NCBI GenBank assembly: GCA_035084275.1
Contig: CM068744.1
Coordinates: 84,382,001-84,446,000 of the forward strand
Direction: 5' to 3'
Origin: Hydrolagus colliei
Lineage: Eukaryota
DNA: 64,000 bases
The translations under genes and the position numbers were made by a program. This document shows, piece after piece, positions 23,553 through 35,200 of this stretch. Positions within the stretch are counted from its first letter, which is position 1. Each line of letters begins with the position of its first letter. Under the pieces are notes generated by a model. It searched no databases and was not told the DNA's origin. It saw only the letters and a program-made list of their open reading frames with translations.

Positions 23553-25093
23553 AAACTCTTACAGTACAGTAATTGTGGACTAATCAGAAGTGTGGTGTTG
23601 ACTAGTATCTGACTGCTGGGTCATTGGGGCGCTGATGATACTGGAACAATATCACGTCCTACTGAAAACTGGAAATGACATAACCAGTGTTTTCTACGCA
23701 CAGTGTGGAGGCATGCACCACACAGGAAGTAATGTCAGGGATGACCCAGAGGGCAGCCCTTATTAGAGTCTCATTTATAATGCAATCCCTGAAATATTGG
23801 ACTACAACCAAGATTTCTTTGGAGTTCTTTTATTGAAATGACTGAGAAAACGTTTGAGATGTCTATTGAATTGATTGGGATTTTACACCAGGCAGTCTGT
23901 GTTGTATTTAGCATGCCTTACTGTGTTCAGAATTATGTACAAAGCTCTGTTCACACCAAAGTGGCTCCACTGCACAAAGCTGTGTGATAACAGATGTTAC
24001 AGATGTCATGCAGATTGGGGTTCTTCTATTACACGTTGAACTGCCCCAAGTCGTTATGTTTGCTCGTTTACTGAAGGCATTTTTGTTGTACTGCTATCAT
24101 GGCAATACTGGGTGAAAAGTGTGACATTCACTGAAACTAATCAGGATTACGCAAACTGGCTGGAAAGCTGTTGTTGGCTGCTGCTGGTAGTTTGGGGCGC
24201 CACCACTTGCACAAAATCTAGGGCAACTCGCTTTTCATCAGGTATTGAAACTGTCAGCGCCTTGGGATGTCCTCCCGACATGAAAGGCGCTCTATAAATG
24301 TAATTTTGTTGTTAGTGATGCATTCATGAGGGAGAAGGGAAAGACGGGCTTTGGAAAAGCAAGCTAGGAAGATGGAGGGGGTCGGTGGGGGTAGGGGGGA
24401 GGTATATTTGGATGGAGGAAGGCTCATGTGGAGTATAAACACCAACACAGACTAGTTGGTGCTGTGATGTCTATGTAATTCTGTATAATTGCTCATGACA
24501 TTGGCATCAGCGAAAGATTCCCAGACAATAATTATCACAAATGATATTCATTAAATTGAAAGTGCCATTTTCAACCCATTTGCTCTTAATGTTGATAACA
24601 GCCTCAAGATCTCATCCTTTGCAGACCTCACAGTGGGTGTTGTTTGATCTTACCTCTCGTGGCCAAACAATCCGTTATAAGGAAATGGAGGTCCGAATCC
24701 TCCCTCATCTTGCTACATGGACTGGCTAAGTGAGATCAGAGACACGTGAAACTTTAGTGATTAGAGATAACATGTACTGTAAACTCGAGTGCACAAAGTT
24801 GTGTGATAGCAGACATTATAGAGGTCTTGTAGAATGGGTGAACTACATGTCTAAGTCACACCTTCATGCATGTTCTAGGTCAGTGTAACCAGAATCCTTG
24901 CTCAAGGAGGGCCGTTCCCAGGAAAGCTGTAACAAGTGATGAACACTCATCTGCAAAGTCATTCCTTACGGAGCAAGCTTTTTATTTCAGACGTGCCATT
25001 TGCGGGATATTGCAAAGAGGTGTCTTCCCTGGGTTTCCCGCAGTTTCTATGCAGTTCAAAAACAAAAGCAATGGCAATGTCATCTATACTCAC

Positions 25094-25177
25094 CGACACC
25101 TGTGGCTGTGTTGTATGTAATGATGGGAGTGCTGGTACTTCCCATATCTGTTGTGCAAATAACTCGGAATAGAAAAG
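25094..25177 (-). CDS. USH2A: USH2A exon 69 equivalent (TFLFRVICTTDMGSTSTPIITYNTATGV)
   Basis: ttgtag acceptor, gtgagt donor, 84 nt, phase 1-1; hand-translated. Confidence 0.93.
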
Positions 25178-25264
25178 CTACAATACATAAGGAGATGATA
25201 ATTACTGCTCTGGTACTCAGATTTTCACATGCAATACCATTTTGGCCCAGTATCTAAATATCTA

Positions 25265-25545
25265 ACAATCCTTGCATTTGATGCCTTATCATGTTATTGA
25301 CGCATCCACAAATTTCACAAATTGCACAAAGCACTATCACACAATTAGCCACAAAGTGAATGACCCATTTTATTTTGGGGGAGGTCAGTGGGAGAAACAT
25401 CCCCCTGGCTTTCAAATACTGTCGTAGGATCCTTAATATCTATCTGAACAGACAGACGGGATCTTAGTTGAACATGTCATCCGAAGGTCAGTGCCTTTAA
25501 CCAAGTAGCACACCCCCAGCATTGGATTGGAGGTTCAGCCTCAAT
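25265..25545 (-). mobile_element. Old Deu-domain SINE, degenerate
   Basis: AATCCTTGCATTTGAT tail; CTGAACAGACAGACGGGATCTTAGTTGAACATGTCATCCGAAGG core. Confidence 0.6.
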
Positions 25546-25754
25546 AAATAAATAACATGTTCTCTTTATACTGTAGAAGTTGGCATTGACAAATGAGAAC
25601 ATGTAGATGTACTAGGGATGGGGGAAGGTTACTGTAGTGTTATTTTTGGATGAGATAAAGCAGCATATTTATCAGCACGCTTTTTAAAACAAATCCCATG
25701 ATACACAGAGGGCTTCTTGTTCAATATTGCCATTAAATTCCACACTCCAGGGTG

Positions 25755-26195
25755 AACATTTGCAATGTTTTGATGTGTTAATTAATACCTATGGTGCTAA
25801 TTAACACATGCATTGAATTTTGCGACCCAATGATAATTAACACATTGACTGGCTCCCCCAGGGTGCAGGAGCAAGCGTCCTTCCCACACACTCCCAATAG
25901 CTGCTCTGAGAAGCCGGCTGCACTGTGCAGTGGACATCCAGCTTGTGGATCACATTGGTTCGTAGATATCAGCGAAGCACTACAAGCAAAGCTAGTCTTC
26001 TGCAAATCTACTCCCTAATGCTGCAGTCTGAAAGCTAGAGTTGAACGGACACGGGCTTCCCAGACACAATGGTGTTGTGGATTTTATCTCAAACGCATCC
26101 AGGAACCAGTTGTGTTAATTATCATACAGTCTCTAAATTCAATGCATGTGTTAATTAGCAGCACAACCATTAACAAATCATAATATTGAAATTTG
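25755..26195. repeat. ~440-bp imperfect palindrome
   Basis: Arms TGCTAATTAACACATGCATTGAATTT...ATGATAATTAACACA and TGTGTTAATTATCAT...AAATTCAATGCATGTGTTAATTAGCA. Confidence 0.85.
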
Positions 26196-26915
26196 ACATC
26201 AAGCTTTAAATGAACTTCAAATGTGTAATTACACTTAGTTGCATCAGCACTGGTTGGAACATTTATGCAGAGATATGCAGAGGTAACAACAAGTCAAACC
26301 TGAAAGTACATTGAGTACAGTGAATAAACCAAAGTTCTTTCCAGTCTCACAGCTGAGGTTGCTTAACTCAGCACATGCCAGAGTGACCCTTCTTGCTCCA
26401 TGTGGCCCATCATCAAAGTACAGTTACCCGCTGAGCTTATTTTTAACTACAAAATGAAATTGCAACCTTACAAACATGGTTCACTGATAAATTGAATGAC
26501 AGAAGTAAAATTCACACAAGCAGTTGGGCAAAAGCATAGTGGGGAATAATTTGCTATGATGTACACTGGATGAGAAAGCACTGATTCTGATTTAAGTTTG
26601 CCATTGAACTCAAAAGATCACATAAACAAAAAGTCCAATGACCAAAGCTGCCACAGAGTGCAAGGAAAGAGGCCAGTGAACAAAATGGTCTGCTTTTGGG
26701 TAGTTTCTCATAGTTTTGCAACATACAATAGGAACTCTCGAGCTGAATCAAGAGATGAGGGATTATACTTTAATAATAATAATTATTATTTTTTTCGTGA
26801 CCTCTCAGTTTATAACTAAAGTCAAATGACATGCCTTTATTTGTGGGACAATTATTTTTTGTACAAAAAAGGCATAAAATGAAGAGCAACCCCAAGAAAA
26901 ATACAAACAACTAAC

Positions 26916-27092
26916 TTTTATCTGAAGTTCTTGGAATTCGTAATGTGCTGTCAAAGCCACTGTAGATTCTGATGTTGTTCTCAGTCAGTATGTACTCTCT
27001 GAGCCGTCCATTCAACTGGAATGTTTGACTCCAATCCAGGTAAATTGCTGTCAAGTTGCTGGTTACACTGAACGGTGTTCTGTACTGGGGCA
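26916..27092 (-). CDS. USH2A: USH2A exon 68 equivalent (PQYRTPFSVTSNLTAIYLDWSQTFQLNGRLREY...IPRTSDK)
   Basis: ctccag acceptor, gttagt donor, 177 nt, phase 1-1. Confidence 0.94.
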
Positions 27093-28184
27093 CTGGAGAA
27101 TGAAATACATTGAAAAACTTATTGAATATTGCTTATTTGCTTGACTGTCCAAAAATAGGAAATTCTTAAAGCACAGTATGAATTTGTTATTTTATCAATA
27201 TGTGTTGTTATTTTACCTCAAAAACTTGGACCTGGGCCTTTAACAGACTTGCTAATCATTTTCCATCCTTATCATTTCGAAAGAGGCAAATCTAATGTGA
27301 CACCAGCTATCTTTTGTGAGATTTACCAGTTACTTGTGTGGACAGGTCCTGGCGAGTCTAACAAGCTAAAGATAGTCTTTGTTTGGAAAATCTTTTAAAA
27401 ACTGGTTTTGCATTCGATTTGATAGGTTTGGGAGTACTGGGATAAAACTGAACTGAGTCACTAAAACCTAAAACAATTGACCCACCCTTCATCCTTTGGA
27501 TACAGTAGCACAATTTCTGGTTTAAAAATAGTTTATATCAAGAGGTGGTTCAACACCGTTGAATAGTAATTGCAAATTTTGAATATCTGAAAATAAAATC
27601 CTGTGAAATTGTGCCTTCTGCTGGACGTATCTTCCACCCTATCTTAAACATTTGCTTTCTTTCCCTTCCAGAACTCCTAATACACCTATCCTTTCACTTT
27701 GTAGCCTTCATCTTCCAGTTAATTCCCCCCACCCATACCTTCCCGATTCTCACTTCATATGATTTCACAATCCTCTTTGGCAATTGCTCAATTTAATTTT
27801 AATTGAGCTTCTTTTTGCCTCTGTTTTGAAATGTTTAGCTTGTGAATTCTCATTTTCTACACCCTATCTTTCCCTTCCTTTATTTCTTGTCTGATTTGGC
27901 TTTCTTATTTGTACCATTTCCTTAAATCTTATCTTGTGACTGAATGTTATGCATATGATTCAGGTGTAGAACATAGGTTTCAGTTGTGCAAAGAAGCCAT
28001 TCACGAGATAAGGCAGCTCATTTTCAGGCAAGGTACTGCTCCCTGGAAGGAATCTATATAGATGACACACCAAGGAAAAATCAACAGAGCAGTATTGTTC
28101 CACCTGAACACGCCTCCCGACGTGAAAGACGCTCTATAAATGTAATTTATGTTTTTGTTATACTGATTTTGTTGTTGTTGTACT

Positions 28185-28483
28185 CATGTCCCCCACCTCA
28201 TCCACCCTACCATTGGCAAGTGGGCCTTCAGCCATTCTGCCCCCACCCTCTAGCACTCGATCCCACAGTTCCTTTGCCACACCCCCTCCCTTATCTCCCT
28301 CAAGACCTGTCTCAAGGCCCTCCTCTTCGACAGGGCCTTCATTCACCCTTGTACCCCGACCCTCCATGCCCTCCTGATCCCAACCACCAGCTCGGGTTTG
28401 GATCGCTGACTGTCCAGCACCTTGGGACGTCCTCCTGATGTAAAAAGCGCAATACAAATGTAATTTGTTGTTGTTGTTGTTGT
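28185..28483 (+). mobile_element. L2-clade LINE 3' fragment, tail-to-tail with a SINE fragment (28484-28585, minus)
   Basis: L2 tail CAGCACCTTGGGACGTCCTCC...(TTG)n fused directly to (ATA)nATCCTTGCATTTGA. Confidence 0.85.
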
Positions 28484-28598
28484 TATAATAATAATAATCC
28501 TTGCATTTGATATAGCGCTTTTCACATCTTCTAGACGTTTCAAACCGCTTCACAGAATATACTGTAAAGTGAATTGACTGTACATGTGTTGTACTCAC

Positions 28599-28816
28599 TC
28601 TCTTTCTGTGTAGTGAGGGTAGACCAGTTGGACAAGGTACTGCCCACTGAGTTGTAGCTTATTACTTGAAAGCTATAACTTGTATAGGGCAGCAAATTGG
28701 TCAAGTTGAAACTCTGGCCTATGCCACTATACATGGCTTTATCAGGTCCAGCAGTGCAAAGCTGTGCTGTTGGCTGCATAGGCTGAGGGCAGGTGATCCG
28801 CATCTGGAGTCTGTAA
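28599..28816 (-). CDS. USH2A: USH2A exon 67 equivalent, FN3 (YRLQMRITCP...LLPYTSYSFQVISYNSVGS...TTQKE)
   Basis: ttctag acceptor, gtgagt donor, 218 nt, phase 2-1. Confidence 0.94.
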
Positions 28817-29424
28817 CTAGAAACACACAAAGGTACATTAACTAAAACAGACAACAAGGTCAGACACTGCATCTATAAATATAAAAAGGATCCCAGTTAT
28901 TTTCAACGAGGATATAACGTAGTGGTTGTTTAAAGCTATATAAAGGAAACGTTCTTGGAGTTTATGTTAGGAGAGTAAGGAAACAACGAGTTAGAAAAGG
29001 CCATTCAACCCTCCAAACCTCTCATTCCATAGACAATACAAAAAAAAAAACCTTTCATGGGCTTAACTCCACCCATTTATCTCATTGCTACATAAACATT
29101 TCTGGATCCCAAAGATGATCAAATATAAACTTAAATACAAATATAACAAAGATACAATCAAATATGACCTGATGAATGAATGAATGAATCTAGAGGATTG
29201 GGGGCCAGGATATCAGGATAAACTCATCTCTATTTTTCAGTTAGAACTATGGAATCCTTTGCGTCTACTGTAATTTTTCAAAACACTTCATAGGATATAC
29301 GTTGAAGTCCAGTGACCGTGTATATTGTAGATGGTCTTCTTGATTTAAAAAAAATTTAATCAATTCTCTTTTTACTTTTGCCCGTTTAACAACAAGACAG
29401 AGGCCTTCCTGATTGGCTCACGTC

Positions 29425-30268
29425 AGCACCTCCGCACCTTAGGCGCTGGCAACATCAGCATTCAAGGCTGCACTCTCCACCTCTCGAAGCCAATTGGAAT
29501 CTGGGCGTCTCGTTCGACCCCTAACTGTCCTTCCTCCCCCAAATCCTTGCCATGAACGGTAGAGTCTTCCACCACCTCTACAACATTGCCAGACTTTGCC
29601 ACTACCACACCCACCCATGCTGCTGAAAAACTCATCCACGCATTCATCACATCTAGGCTCGACTACGGGAACTCTCTCCTCATTGGCTCTCCCAGCTCCT
29701 CCCTTCATAAGTTGCAGATTATTCAGAACTCTGCAGCTCATGTATTCTCGCGCACTAGGCTCCGCAACTACATCACTCTCACCCTCACCCGTCTCCACTG
29801 GCTCCCCATCTCCCAGAGGGTCGAATTCAAGATCCTCATCCTCACTTTCAAGGCCATTCACGGCCTTGCCCCCGTCTATCTCTCCGACCTGCTGTCTCCC
29901 TATCAGCCTGACTATCCCCTCCATTCAGCAGGCTCTGGCCTGCTCCACGTCACCCTCCTGAACCGCCCTACCATCGATGGCTGCGCTGTCAGCCTATCTG
30001 CGCCCCCACACTCTGAAACTCCATCCCGCAATCCCTTTGCCTCGCTTCCTCCCTTTCCTCCTTCAAGACCTTCCTCTTCGACCGTGCCTTCTGCTCCTCT
30101 CCTAACTCTCCCCCCTCTCCTACTCTCCTTCCTCCTACACCGCCCCCCCTCCCTCCCCCCCCCCCCCCCCCGCCCACCCCCGTTCATGTCCCGACATAAC
30201 TGTTTTATTCCTGGGGACGTCCTTCCGCCATGAAAGGCGTTCTATAAGTGTAATTTTGTTGTTGTTGT
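29425..30268 (+). mobile_element. L2-clade LINE fragment
   Basis: ORF 29586-30233: [20 protein letters not shown]...LHWLPISQRVEFKIL. Confidence 0.92.
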
Positions 30269-30361
30269 TAACAAATAACAACAACAAAATTACACTCCTA
30301 TAGTGCCTTTCACATCAGGAGGACATCCCAAGGCACTGAAACAAACAACAAGCCCAAAGCT

Positions 30362-30575
30362 ATATAATAATAATAACCCTTGCATTTGATATAGTGCTTT
30401 TCACATCTTATCGACATCCCAAAACGCTTCACAGAATATACTGTAAAGTGAATTGACTGTATATTTGTGGGCGAATCGCGGCAACCAATTGCGCACAGCA
30501 GTGTCCCACAAATAGTCGTGGATTGAAATGACCAATTTTATTATTGTGGTTTTTTTGGACAGAATATTATTATAT
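30362..30575 (-). mobile_element. SINE main family, 3' half
   Basis: Matches body and tail of the full-length copies. Confidence 0.85.
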
Positions 30576-30699
30576 ACTAAATTTAAACAATCCTATTTGA
30601 TCAAGTAAGGTCATAGAATGCTAATATTCAGATTACAATATCTGATGAGGTTTTATAATTGTTGCCATATATCTCGGGAGTCTTTAAAAAAAAGTTTAC

Positions 30700-30938
30700 C
30701 TCTGAATAACACCATTAGGAGACAGTGGAGTATTCCACTGTAAAATGACATTCCTTGATTTAACACTCTGAAATTGTGGAGGAGTCTGGTTGAAAGGAGC
30801 TGATGGGCGAGTAACAAAATTTGCTGTTGGTCCTTTGCTACAGCATTGAAAGCATGTACATGCCTCTACACCAACAGAGTAGGTAGTAAAGGGCTGCAGT
30901 TCATGGATAGTTTGCTGTGTTGATGTTCCTTCGGAGAG
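30700..30938 (-). CDS. USH2A: USH2A exon 66 equivalent (LSEGTSTQQTIHELQPFTTYSVGVEACTCFQCCSKGP...SPNGVIQ)
   Basis: tcacag acceptor, gtaaac donor, 239 nt, phase 0-2; hand-translated, absent from ORF track. Confidence 0.95.
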
Positions 30939-31239
30939 CTGTGAATGAGAATAAACAACATGTTTGCATCACATTGGATTTTTTTTCAAAGTAATTTAAT
31001 GGGATGCATTTGAAGCAATGATAATGTAAAAATGATTGCAGTGTGATGAGTTTTTATTTGCTCTATCAGGTATGATATAGAGTTGTACAAAAGAGGTGTA
31101 ATAGGCTAGTGTTGATGTTGTTTGCAAAAATGTCCATGGAGCTTGTCGGCAGAAGGGATTGAGATTTAGGATCAGAATCTAGGTGCTGCATTTATTAGGT
31201 CTCATCTGAGACCTGTAATTCCACCTAGGCTTTGGTGGA

Positions 31240-31310
31240 ATAAGAACATAAGAATTAGGAGCAGGAGTAGGCCATTCGGCCCTTCGAGCCTGCCCCGCCA
31301 TTCAATAAGA
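31240..31310 (-). mobile_element. Short CR1-type 3' tail
   Basis: AAGAACATAAGAATTAGGAGCAGGAGTAGGCCATTCGGCCC, the reverse of GGGCCGAATGGCCT tails. Confidence 0.7.
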
Positions 31311-32564
31311 ATGGAATTTTGATTCCAATTTACGATCATGTAGAATTGTGGAAGATTCTTCATTTCAATTCTGATTTGGAAGTCAGTTCTTTTCAAGTTT
31401 CGTTTCTGCAAAAATCGACTTCCAAACATATGGACTAAATTTAAAAATTTTCCACGAAGCTGCTCAGTCTTAAAAATTAAGCTGTTTTTGAGAACTTCAA
31501 GATTTGTGCCACTCCAAAACAAGATGTGGTATATTGAAGAGAAGTTTACTTTAGCAGCACTGATCTGTGTAATCTGAATTGGCACCAACAATTCTGTGTG
31601 ATTTCCACCATGGGCTGAACTTCACCAATAGTTTGGGTGTGTATTGTGACTACAGTCATGTTTTCTCTCTCCTTCAAATGCTATTTTAAATTCAGATAAG
31701 AGACATGTTACTACCTTTGTAGTTTTCCTCGCTCCTAATCAGATTTTAGCTCCTCTGGCACACCATTAAACGTCCTGTCTCAGTACATACAAAGTCATAA
31801 GAGAGTAAGAATCTAATAACTTTCAATACTTTCCCTAAGGTATGACAAACTGTGAATGTTATATACCGTAAATTCAGCACATCTTCCTAAGGAACAAACT
31901 TGGCCTTTCAATCCATCTTCTCTGTCATACCAGCAGAATCCTAGTTGTGCTGATAAAACAATACTTCACTCACTGGTATCCTGATAGTTACAGTAAAATG
32001 TTGCATCCCTGTTTAATCTATCAGATACTCAAGGGAATGTATCAGGTTGGATGTAAGTGAAGCATTTCCTTTGGAGTGAATCTGCTGCCCAGCATTCATA
32101 GCATTGTGATTGTCAGAGACTCTTAGGAACAGAAACTGTGACAGCAACATAACAAAATTCACTTGAAAAGGAAGCATTGTCTTCATTGTGATCAGTAAAT
32201 CCATGGAGTGAGAAAGGCTGGAAAAATTGGTGCATTATTCTGTCTTGATTGTGTTTCATGCAATGCCATGCAAGATTTAGATCTTTGCTTTGATTTAGCA
32301 AACAAACTGAAACATGTTCTCTACCTAGCTTTTCCAAGAAAACTCTTTAGCTTATTGTCAGGTTCCATTATATCTGACAGCTCCACAGAGCACAGCAATA
32401 AGGGGAATCCAAAAGGTTGATCAAACACATAATGACAGAGTGCTTAGGTTGAGATTTGTTGCTCATACAGGGTACGGCTAAAATAAAAATGTATGTATAA
32501 AAAAATTTATGTTTTCAATCTGTCTGCTATTGCTGGAGTGAAACAGTCAGCCAAGGGTGCTCAC

Positions 32565-32774
32565 CAACATGTCATTTCCTCTGCTCCTCTTGGCAAACAA
32601 TCTGTATAAGGTGACTACTCCATTAGGTTTAGTTGGTGGACTGATGTTCACTGCTGCGGAGGTTGAAGATACTGTGGGGAAGGTGGGTGCATGCAAACCT
32701 TCAGGAGGAGCCTGCCCTGTTCTCGAACGACTCCAGGCACTAAATGTCCTTCCTGCAGAATTCACCGACCATAC
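32565..32774 (-). CDS. USH2A: USH2A exon 65 equivalent (VWSVNSAGRTFSAWSRSRTGQAPPEGLHAP...RGNDML)
   Basis: ctgcag acceptor, gtgagc donor, 210 nt, phase 0-0. Confidence 0.95.
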
Positions 32775-33174
32775 CTGCAGGATAGAATCACAAGTTGAAA
32801 CAGTGCAAGATTTCAATCACTGTCACCCAGCAAAACCTGCAATAAATGATCGGTTTCTGTAGTGAACAAATGTTCTGCTTTATTGCACTTCTGTGCAGAG
32901 AAACATATTACAGATAAAAAAAAATCTGCTTCTACTGGTATGACTTTATCACAACAAAGTTTAGGCATCACCAGGTTATTTCCTCTTAGTTTCTTGGATA
33001 TACAAAAATATCATTAAAATGCTCGTTAAAATGTGTTTCTTTATCTCATTCAATTGAAAACATATTGCAGGCATTATAAATAGAAAAAGCTGTAGTCAGC
33101 AGTGAGATACATTAACTATCCCAACTCACGAGGTTGATTACAACACCTAGGCACAGATATTTCGCATAGGTAGA

Positions 33175-33267
33175 ACAAGAGTTCTACCACTGGTTGGCCT
33201 ATGAAATATTCAATATTGACTAAAGCATAAGGGTCTTTCATCGGCTGACCAGTGGTAGAACTCTTGT
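33175..33267. repeat. 32-bp inverted repeat forming a ~93-nt hairpin
   Basis: ACAAGAGTTCTACCACTGGTTGGCCTATGAAA / TTTCATCGGCTGACCAGTGGTAGAACTCTTGT. Confidence 0.9.
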
Positions 33268-33632
33268 CTCTGAATCAGGAGGCTGTGAATTCAAGCCCCA
33301 AATCGGGACTTTGAGACCACAGTCTAGGAAGGGGGAGCACTGCAGTTTTGGAGGTATCTTCTTTCAGCTGAAATGTTAAACTGTTCAAACAATTAAATGC
33401 CTGTTCAGTTGATGTTAAAAATCCAATGACATTATCTGAAAAGGGAACAGAGTTTCTCCCAGTATCCCAAGACAAAATTGGTCATTCATTTTGTGGCTAC
33501 TTGTGGGAAATTGTTGCGTGCCAATTGGCTACTGTATTTGCCTGTATAACGTTGCAATGTGCAGCAAATTCCCATGGTGCGCTTGAGATGTCCTCCCAGT
33601 GTGAAAGACACTATCAAATGCAAGGATGATTA
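33245..33632 (+). mobile_element. Old Deu-domain SINE (SacSINE1-like), near full length
   Basis: CAGTGGTAGAACTCTTGTCTCTGAATCAGGAGGCTGTGAATTCAAGCCCC head; GATGTTAAAAATCCAATGACATTATCTGAA core; AATGCAAGGAT tail. Confidence 0.7.
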
Positions 33633-34397
33633 ATATCATTAAAATGAAACTTTTCATCATAAACTTGGAACAATTCTGTTTCCAGTGATTAGCATTAGAT
33701 AAACCCCCATAGCCTCTATTCATTTAACAATGTGATTTTTAAAAAAGGCATTTGCATCAGGGCACAGACTAGATAGGCTGAATGGGCTCTTTTTGTGCCG
33801 TGAAATTCTATGATTCTATGAGGGCTTTAACCAAAAGCTGTTAAAGACACGCAACTGTCAGCACTTGTTGCATCGCTTCAAACTGCAGCGTTAAATGATG
33901 AATGAGAAAACAACATAGACTCATACTGAACTGTTTCAACAAAAGCATGTACTATATTTCTGTTGAAACACAGCAGAGTGAATTGTCAAAATTCAAGTGA
34001 ATTAATACACTGATGTTGTCTGAAATGCCACAACTGTGCATCCTACCTCTGGTTACCAGTAGGTGTCTCCGTTTGCAACTTGAAGTTCCTTATTAAGGAT
34101 TCTTGTTAGAAATCATGCCTTTGAGCCCCCACTGTCTCCTGTCTTTCATTAGCTGTTCTACGTTTGTTTCACATTGCATCACTGGTACCTTTTAGAAATG
34201 TAATCACTAAAGGCGATATTTCAACCCTTCGTATCAATGCCCACAACCCCTCTGCCTCTGAATAGGGGAGATTGCCAGTGAGCTGAATGTCAGGTTCTTC
34301 AACAAGGCTATCCAGCCTACTGCCCACCCCTGTCAGCCACGCTTCGCTCCTCCCCCCTACCTCCCGACCTGCCCGCCTGCCTGCCTTTACTGACTAA

Positions 34398-34703
34398 TGT
34401 CCTGTAGTTCAGCGGTTAGAGCACTCGCCTTACAAGTAAGAGACTTAGATTCAATTCCAGGCAGGGTAAAACCTTGGGCAAATTTCCTTACTCCACACAG
34501 CTGATAATACTACCACTAAAAATACAATAATAAATTGATCATTTCAATCCATGACTGTTTGTGGGACACTGCTGTGCGCAATTGGCTGTCGCTTTTCACC
34601 CACAAGTATACAGTCAATTCACTTTACAGTATATTCTGTGAAGCGCTTTGAGACATCTAGAACATGTGAAAAGTGCTATATCAAATGCAAATATTATTAT
34701 TAA
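34398..34703 (+). mobile_element. tRNA-derived SINE (main family), full length
   Basis: A/B boxes, body and (ATT)n tail. Confidence 0.9.
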
Positions 34704-34919
34704 TACAATGGAGGAGAAGTTAAAGCTTCAATCTGCACTCTCCCTCATATCTTTTTACATCCACAATTCTTTAAATGTTTATCTTATTCTCTTTTAAATG
34801 ACACATGTGCCTTGCAATTTAGTGGATACATTCCACATCCTAGTACCATTTTGTTTAAAAAAAACTAATTCTAATCTCCCTCTCTATAATTCTATGAATA
34901 TTCTTAAATTCATAAAAAT

Positions 34920-35200
34920 AATACTTGAATTTGATATAGCACTTTATCATGCCATAGAGATGTCTTAAAGAGCTTCACAGGATATACTGTAAGGTGGTGC
35001 ACCTGTGTGTATTTTGTGGATGAACCAGACAGCCAATTTGTACACAGCCTAGTCCCACAAACAGTTGTGCAGTGAATGACCAATTTTGTTTAGTTGATCA
35101 TTGGCCAGCAGTTGGAAGGGAGAAGAAACTCTCTCCTCTTCTCAAACAATGCCATGAGGTCTTTATTGACCACTTGGACAAGCAAACAAGACCTTGGTTA
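34920..35200 (-). mobile_element. Old Deu-domain SINE, 3' part
   Basis: CAGCCAATTTGTACACAGC...GTCCCACAAACAG...TGAATGACCAAT...CAATGCCATGAGGTCTTT. Confidence 0.6.

Noticed and set aside
30140-30182. Poly-C/G tracts (also ~4995, ~18962, ~45065, ~50330) as G-quadruplex elements
   Set aside because: Simple low-complexity runs, several within repeats; homopolymer length may be unreliable
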